Source: Actinomycetota bacterium (GTDB lineage Bacteria > Actinomycetota > Acidimicrobiia > Acidimicrobiales > VFJN01). From it: a stretch of DNA of 61,011 nt. How positions within the stretch are numbered: position 1 is the stretch's first letter; the number at the start of each line of letters is the position of its first letter. The notes below the pieces were generated by a model. The model did no database searches. It worked only from the letters and a program-made list of their open reading frames with translations, and had not been told where the DNA came from. The stretch spans positions 1-61,011 of the forward strand of contig VFJN01000084.1 of the NCBI GenBank assembly GCA_009886035.1. Reading direction: 5' to 3'. The position numbers and the translations under genes were made by a program. This document shows, in pieces, positions 55,539-61,011 of this stretch.

Positions 55539-57755
55539 TCAGTGACCCAGAGTCGAGGGCAGCGCCGCGCGCCAGGCGGTGGTGGCCGTGACCACGCTGA
55601 CCTCGAAGAGCCCTTCCACCACCAGGTCCGATCCACCGGCGGACCCCAGTGGCCGAGCGAGCACCCCCGCGGCGGCGGCCGCTCGCACCACGTCATCGCC
55701 ATGACCCGGCGCCACACAGGCCACCACACGGCTGGCTGACTCGGCGAACAGCCAGGCGTAGTCGCTATCGGGGACCGCCACTCGGAAGCCCTCGCCGGAT
55801 CGCACGGCCATCTCCGCCAAGGCCACCCCGAGGCCATCGGCGGTGTCGTGCACCCCCGCGAGCCAGCCCGCCATGACCACCTCGCGCACCAGGGCGGCCA
55901 CCGCCGCGTGGGCGTCGAGATCAAGAGCCGGGGCCGGACCCGCCTGGTAGCCGCGCTCCCAGGCCCACCGGGAGCCCGCCAGTGCCCGCGGCTCGGGGCC
56001 GAGCGCTATCAGGTCGGCCCCGGCCCGGAGTTGCACCCCCGGCGGCGGACGATCGAGCCGGTCAAGGATGCCCACCAGGCCCACCACCGGCGTGGGATCG
56101 ATGTCCCGGCCGCGGCTTTCGTTATAGAGGCTCACGTTGCCACCCACCACGGGGATGCTCAGCGCCCGACAGGCATCCCCCATACCCCCGATGGACTCCA
56201 CGAGTTGCCACATCACCTCAGGGTGCTCAGGGTTGCCAAAGTTGAGGCAGTTCACGAGACCAAGCGGACGTGCCCCCACACAGGCGAGGTTCATCACCGC
56301 CTCGGCTACCACCAAGGCGGTCCCCCGACGGGGGTCGAGGGCGCACCAGCGATGATTGCCATCACAGGTGAGCGCCAGGCCCCGGCCGGTATCCACCCCG
56401 GTCGTGGGGTGCTTGAGCCGCAGCACGGTGGCGTCGCCGCCGGGGCCCTCAACCGTGTTCAGGAACAGTTGGTGGTCGTACTGCCGAAACACCCAGGACG
56501 GGTCGGCCAAGAGGCCCAGAAGATCAGCCGCCACATCCGCCGGCGCCCCCGGTTCGGCCCGATCGGCCATTCGCCCCGCCCGGCCCGCCGGTTCCTGGCG
56601 GGGCCGGTCGTAGAGGGGGGCGTCGTCGTCGAGCGAGCTCGCCGGTAGGTCGCCCAACACGGTGCCGCCGGGTCGGTCCAGGATGCGGAAGCGACCCGTA
56701 CCGGTCACCGTGCCAATCACCGAAGCCCGGATCTCCCACGCTTCACAGATAGCGAGGAGTTCGTGCAACTTGGCGGGCTCCACGATAGCCAGCATCCTCT
56801 CCTGGCTCTCGCTCGTCATGATCTCGAAAGGCTCCATGCCCGCTTCGCGCACATGTACCTCCGAGAGGTGGAGATCCATACCCACCCCTCCCTTCGAGGC
56901 CGTTTCGCTGGCGGCGCCGGTAATGCCGGCCGCCCCGAGATCCTGGATCCCCACCACCAGCCCGGCTTCGAGTATCTCCAGACAGGCTTCGATCAGACGT
57001 TTTTCCTCGAACGGATCGCCCACCTGCACGCTCGGCCGCTTATCGGCGTCGGCAGCATCGTCACCAAAGCCCGCCGAGGCCAACACGCTTGCCCCCCCGA
57101 TGCCATCGCGCCCCGTGGAGGATCCGAACAGCACCGTGAGGTTGCCCGGACCCGACGCCCGAGCCAACACCAGTCGTTCCTTGGGAAGCAGCCCGAGACA
57201 GAACACGTTGACCAGTGGATTGTCCTGATAGGTGGGATCAAACACCGTTTCGCCGCCCACCGTGGGAACGCCTACGGAGTTCCCGTATCCGGAAACTCCC
57301 GCGATCACCCCCTCGGCAATCCACCGACTGCGCGGATCGTCCAACGGACCAAAGCGAAGCGGATCCATCAAGGCGATCGGACGGGCCCCCACCGAAAACA
57401 CATCCCGCAGGATCCCGCCCACGCCGGTGGCGGCGCCCTCGTAGGGCTCAATGGCCGATGGGTGGTTATGGCTTTCGATGCGGAACGCGGCGGCGATGCC
57501 ATCCCCCACATCGATCACCCCGGCCCCTTCACCGGGCCCGACCATCACGTGCGCAGCCTCGGTGGGTAGCGTCCGCAAATGTTTTTTCGACGACTTGTAA
57601 GAGCAGTGTTCCGACCACATGACCGAGTACATCGCCAACTCGAGATGATTCGGTGATCGGCCCAGAATGGCCTCGATAGAAGCCGCTTCGTCGTCGGTGA
57701 GCCCGAGGGCACGGTGCAAGGGAACCGCGGCCGAAGAGGGGGGCGAAGCGACCAT
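55539..57755 (-). CDS. purL: FGAM synthase large subunit
   Basis: MWSEHCSYKSS, ESHNHPS, SESQER, GGNVSLYN. Confidence 0.97.
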   Translation of the reverse strand: MVASPPSSAAVPLHRALGLTDDEAASIEAILGRSPNHLELAMYSVMWSEHCSYKSSKKHLRTLPTEAAHVMVGPGEGAGVIDVGDGIAAAFRIESHNHPSAIEPYEGAATGVGGILRDVFSVGARPIALMDPLRFGPLDDPRSRWIAEGVIAGVSGYGNSVGVPTVGGETVFDPTYQDNPLVNVFCLGLLPKERLVLARASGPGNLTVLFGSSTGRDGIGGASVLASAGFGDDAADADKRPSVQVGDPFEEKRLIEACLEILEAGLVVGIQDLGAAGITGAASETASKGGVGMDLHLSEVHVREAGMEPFEIMTSESQERMLAIVEPAKLHELLAICEAWEIRASVIGTVTGTGRFRILDRPGGTVLGDLPASSLDDDAPLYDRPRQEPAGRAGRMADRAEPGAPADVAADLLGLLADPSWVFRQYDHQLFLNTVEGPGGDATVLRLKHPTTGVDTGRGLALTCDGNHRWCALDPRRGTALVVAEAVMNLACVGARPLGLVNCLNFGNPEHPEVMWQLVESIGGMGDACRALSIPVVGGNVSLYNESRGRDIDPTPVVGLVGILDRLDRPPPGVQLRAGADLIALGPEPRALAGSRWAWERGYQAGPAPALDLDAHAAVAALVREVVMAGWLAGVHDTADGLGVALAEMAVRSGEGFRVAVPDSDYAWLFAESASRVVACVAPGHGDDVVRAAAAAGVLARPLGSAGGSDLVVEGLFEVSVVTATTAWRAALPSTLGH

Positions 57756-57800
57756 CGCCGCAGCCTACGCGGCTGGCCCAGGGCCCGAGAACACATAACC

Positions 57801-57829
57801 TGGCACACATTTTTTCGAACCCATACAAT
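57801..57829 (+). promoter_or_regulatory. Promoter TGGCAC-N17-TACAAT (leaderless)
   Basis: ATG 7 nt after the -10. Confidence 0.65.
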
Positions 57830-57836
57830 CGACTAC

Positions 57837-58268
57837 ATGGCCGAAAATCCGCAAAAGAAACCCATGACTGATGAGCACAAAGTCGCCCTGGCCGAAGGCC
57901 GTAACGAGGGTCGTACCGTCCGCATTTACCTCAAAGCTTTGGAGGCACAGAAACCCAAAAGGGGTCCCCGACGCACCCCTGAATCCCTAGAGAAGCAACT
58001 GGCTGCTCTGGCGGTGGATCTCGACAAAGCCGAACCGCTGAAGCGCCTCCACCTCATCCAGGAGCGGCTAAACCTACGCGCCGAACTAGACCAACTCCAG
58101 CAGGCCAGCGCCGCCCCGGACAACCCGCCTGATATCACCGCCCTAGAGATGGCCTTTGTTGATTGTGCGAAGGCCTACAGTGCCCGCAAAGGCATCTCCT
58201 ATGCCGCCTGGCGGGAGTATGGCGTAAAGCCTGCCGTGCTCAAGCGGGCCGACATCAGCCGCTCCTGA
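57837..58268 (+). CDS. Hypothetical basic coiled-coil protein (143 aa)
   Basis: Clear promoter and leaderless start; KPKRGPRR patch; YSARKGISYAAWRE. Confidence 0.8.
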   Translation: MAENPQKKPMTDEHKVALAEGRNEGRTVRIYLKALEAQKPKRGPRRTPESLEKQLAALAVDLDKAEPLKRLHLIQERLNLRAELDQLQQASAAPDNPPDITALEMAFVDCAKAYSARKGISYAAWREYGVKPAVLKRADISRS

Positions 58269-58277
58269 GCCGTCGGC

Positions 58278-58955
58278 TTAGGCCACCGGGGTGCCGGCGC
58301 TCGCCAGCAGCGACCGGAGGAGTACGGCCCCGTCCTCGGAGCCGAGCAAGCGATGGCAGGCCCGCTCCGGATGGGGCATGAGGCCCACCACATTGCGGCC
58401 CTCGTTGCAGACCCCGGCGATGTTGTCTACCGAACCGTTGGGGTTGTCCACATAGCGAACTACCACGCGATCCTCGGCCCGCAACTGCGCAAGGGTGTTG
58501 GCATCGCAGGTGTAGTTGCCCTCGAAATGGTTGATCGGAATCCGCAGTTCGTCGCCCGGCGTGGCCAGCGAGGTGAGGGCGGTGGTGGTGGTCTCCACGC
58601 GCACGGTAATCGTGGTGCATAAAAACTTGAGGCCGGCGTTCTTCTGCAGTGCACCCGGCAACAATCCGGCCTCCGTGAGCACCTGGAACCCGTTGCAGAT
58701 ACCCACCACGGGACCACCGTCGGCGGCAAAGGTTCGCACCGCATCCATGACCGGCGAGAACCGAGCGATCGCCCCTGGTCGCAAGTAGTCCCCGTGGGCG
58801 AACCCGCCGGGCACAACGAGGGCATCGCAGCCCTCCACCGAGCGATCGCCGTGCCACACCAACTCCGCCGTACCCCCGAGGTGGCCGATGGCTTCGAGGG
58901 CATCCAGTTCGCAGTTGGATCCCGGAAAGAGGATCACCCCCACCCGAGCGACCAT
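58278..58955 (-). CDS. purQ: FGAM synthase glutaminase subunit
   Basis: FPGSNC, GICNGFQ, MPHPE. Confidence 0.97.
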   Translation of the reverse strand: MVARVGVILFPGSNCELDALEAIGHLGGTAELVWHGDRSVEGCDALVVPGGFAHGDYLRPGAIARFSPVMDAVRTFAADGGPVVGICNGFQVLTEAGLLPGALQKNAGLKFLCTTITVRVETTTTALTSLATPGDELRIPINHFEGNYTCDANTLAQLRAEDRVVVRYVDNPNGSVDNIAGVCNEGRNVVGLMPHPERACHRLLGSEDGAVLLRSLLASAGTPVA

Positions 58956-59215
58956 CAGACGGATTCGGTCACCGCAACGGACACATCCGCCGCTTCGATC
59001 ACCGGGTTGATCAGAAATTGCTGGGTCACCGCGGTGGCCTGGGCGAGCGCAGTGGTTTCGTCGGGGGCCTCGAGTTCGAAGCGAATCGCCTTCCCGACCC
59101 GCACGCCCCGAATCCCCTCGAAGCCCAACGTGGGTAATGACCGTTCTATCGTGGCGCCCTGCGGATCGGCGATCCCAGGACGGAGGCGGGTCTCCACCAA
59201 CACCGAAAAGAGCAT
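58955..59215 (-). CDS. purS: FGAM synthase subunit PurS
   Basis: DPQG, VRVGK, LINPVIE. Confidence 0.95.
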   Translation of the reverse strand: MLFSVLVETRLRPGIADPQGATIERSLPTLGFEGIRGVRVGKAIRFELEAPDETTALAQATAVTQQFLINPVIEAADVSVAVTESV

Positions 59216-59236
59216 GAGGCCGATCCTAGCGACGGC

Positions 59237-60121
59237 TCAAGAGACGCCCGGCCACATCGCAAAGGATCGTCCGGTGATTCGCTCGTAAGCGTCGATGTAG
59301 CGATGAGAGGTCGCCGTGACCACTTCCGGCGGCAGGGGCGGCGGTGGCGGGTTCTTATCCCAATCCAACGTCTCGAGATAGTCACGCACGGGTTGCTTGT
59401 CGAAACTGGGGGGCGTGGTACCCGGCACCCAGGCATCGACCGGCCAGAAGCGACTTGAGTCCGGCGTCAGGATCTCGTCGCAAACCACCAGCGCGCCGTC
59501 GATCAGCCCGAGTTCGAACTTGGTATCGGCAATGATGATTCCGCGTTCACGGGCCAGTTCCGCCCCTCGACGGTAGAGAGCCAGCGAGATCTCCCGAGCC
59601 TCGGTAGCCACCGACTCCCCCACGAGGTCCACCGCCTGGGCGAAGGAGATGTTCTCGTCGTGAACATCGCTCTTGGTCGACGGGGTAAACATCGGTTCCG
59701 GGAGACGGTCGCTCTCGCGCAGCCCCGGCGGCAGTGCTTGTCCGTGCATCGTGCCGTGCGCCTGGTACTCCTTCCACGCCGAGCCGGAGAGATACCCCCG
59801 CACGATGCACTCGATCGAAAGCATCTCAGCCCGGCGGCAGAGCATGATGCGCCCGGCTAGATCCGGCTCGGCGGCCAACACCTCCGGATCGAGATCGTGC
59901 GCATCGGTAGACACGAGATGGCTGCCGGCAATGTCGCCGAGAACCTCGAACCAGAAGGCGGAGATGGCGGTAAGCACTCGGCCCTTGTGCGTGATCGGCT
60001 CGTCGAGCACCACGTCGAACGCCGAGAGGCGGTCCGAGGTGACCATCAGCAACTCATGGTCACCCACGGCGTAGATGTCGCGAACCTTGCCGGAATACAA
60101 GTGGGGTAGAGGCAACGTCAT
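59237..60121 (-). CDS. purC: SAICAR synthetase
   Basis: SGKVRDIY, SDRLSAFD, DTKFE, TPDSSRFW. Confidence 0.97.
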   Translation of the reverse strand: MTLPLPHLYSGKVRDIYAVGDHELLMVTSDRLSAFDVVLDEPITHKGRVLTAISAFWFEVLGDIAGSHLVSTDAHDLDPEVLAAEPDLAGRIMLCRRAEMLSIECIVRGYLSGSAWKEYQAHGTMHGQALPPGLRESDRLPEPMFTPSTKSDVHDENISFAQAVDLVGESVATEAREISLALYRRGAELARERGIIIADTKFELGLIDGALVVCDEILTPDSSRFWPVDAWVPGTTPPSFDKQPVRDYLETLDWDKNPPPPPLPPEVVTATSHRYIDAYERITGRSFAMWPGVS

Positions 60122-60139
60122 GCCCCTCAACCTAGAGGA

Positions 60140-61011
60140 CTACAAGATGGTCTCGGGGCGGTACCCGGCGGCGACCGGATGAGCGGCCACCACAACCTCC
60201 ACCTGCGCCATAAAGACCCCCACCTGCGCCAGGGCGGTGCCCACAAAACTCAATGGCTCCCCCACCAGGGCATCGAGGGCGGCACGATCCAACGGGAGGC
60301 GATCCTCGGCGGCAAGGCGGTCGAGCAGGTCATTGCCCGTCGCGCCCTCCTCCCGCATCGAGAGCGCCACGGCCACGGCATGCTCCTTGATGGCCTCATG
60401 GGCCACCTCGCGTCCCACCCCCGCTCGCACGGCCCCCATCAGCACCTTGGTGGTGGTGAGGAACGGCAGATACCGCTCCAGTTCGCGATCGATCACCGAC
60501 CGGTAGGCACCGAAATCCTCCACCACGGCCAGGAACGTCTGGAACAGGCCATCGGCGGCCAGAAACGCATCCGGCAGCGCCACCCGTCGCACCACCGAGC
60601 AAGACACATCCCCCTCGTTCCACTGATCACCCGCCAGTTCACCCACCATCGAGAGGTGGCCTCGCAGCACCACCAATAGTCCATTGATGCGCTCACAGGA
60701 CCGGCTGTTCATTTTGTGGGGCATGGCGGAGGAGCCCACCTGCCCCGGCTGAAACCCCTCGGTAGCCAGTTCGAGCCCGGCCATGAGGCGGATCGTGGTG
60801 GCCAGGCTGGCCGGGCCGGCCGCCGCCTGCACCAGCGCGGCCACTACGTCGAGGTCGAGGGAGCGCGGGTACACTTGGCCCACGTTGGCGAGCATTTCGC
60901 CAAAGCCAAGGTGAGCGGCCACCGATGCCTCCAGGGCATCGACCTTGTCGGCACTACCAAGGAGGTCGGCCATGTCCTGCTGCGTACCTACCGGCCCCTT
61001 GATGCCCCGCA
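60140..61011 (-). CDS. purB: Adenylosuccinate lyase (5' part outside the window)
   Basis: SSAMPHKMN signature, WNEGDVSCS. Confidence 0.95.
   Translation of the reverse strand, partial: RGIKGPVGTQQDMADLLGSADKVDALEASVAAHLGFGEMLANVGQVYPRSLDLDVVAALVQAAAGPASLATTIRLMAGLELATEGFQPGQVGSSAMPHKMNSRSCERINGLLVVLRGHLSMVGELAGDQWNEGDVSCSVVRRVALPDAFLAADGLFQTFLAVVEDFGAYRSVIDRELERYLPFLTTTKVLMGAVRAGVGREVAHEAIKEHAVAVALSMREEGATGNDLLDRLAAEDRLPLDRAALDALVGEPLSFVGTALAQVGVFMAQVEVVVAAHPVAAGYRPETIL

Noticed and set aside
495-60679. Many long antisense or alternative-frame ORFs (e.g. 22980-24428, 21533-22759, 36473-37465)
   Set aside because: Shadows of high-GC codon usage opposite recognisable genes; no motifs.
1-61011. 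CRISPR arrays, transposases, prophage, rRNA
   Set aside because: No regularly spaced repeats or hallmark genes seen by eye.

Overview
High-GC actinobacterial chromosome segment. Gene content (mshA-ybjN, proC plus an Rv0500A-like HTH, RsiG, WhiB7, clpS-DUF2017) and extensive leaderless starts point to Actinomycetota, most likely Acidimicrobiia (inference). It holds about 70 mostly housekeeping CDSs: mycothiol, proline, purine and pyrimidine synthesis, serS, pdxH, dut, orn, lipid and redox enzymes, a two-component system and a CDP-sugar cassette. There are four tRNAs. I saw no CRISPR array, prophage or IS. The most striking feature is a caa3-type cytochrome c oxidase operon (28.3-37.5 kb). Ahead of an intact subunit II/I/III/IV/CtaG set it carries an intact-ORF subunit I paralog that has lost all six heme/CuB histidines and the proton-channel residues. 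A degenerate subunit III paralog and a CtaF-like protein follow, all behind a putative promoter with a Rex/CRP-like operator, suggesting a cofactor-less pseudo-oxidase module. Other highlights: a complete whiB7/wblC uORF-antiterminator-terminator leader; a candidate sRNA with its own promoter upstream of proC; a MoaD/ThiS protein with a capped diglycine coupled to a degenerate CdsA-like protein; a 28-aa membrane microprotein; and PhoP/MprA-like boxes linking the two-component system to a repeat-containing exported protein. All family assignments come from motif recognition by eye, not database searches.
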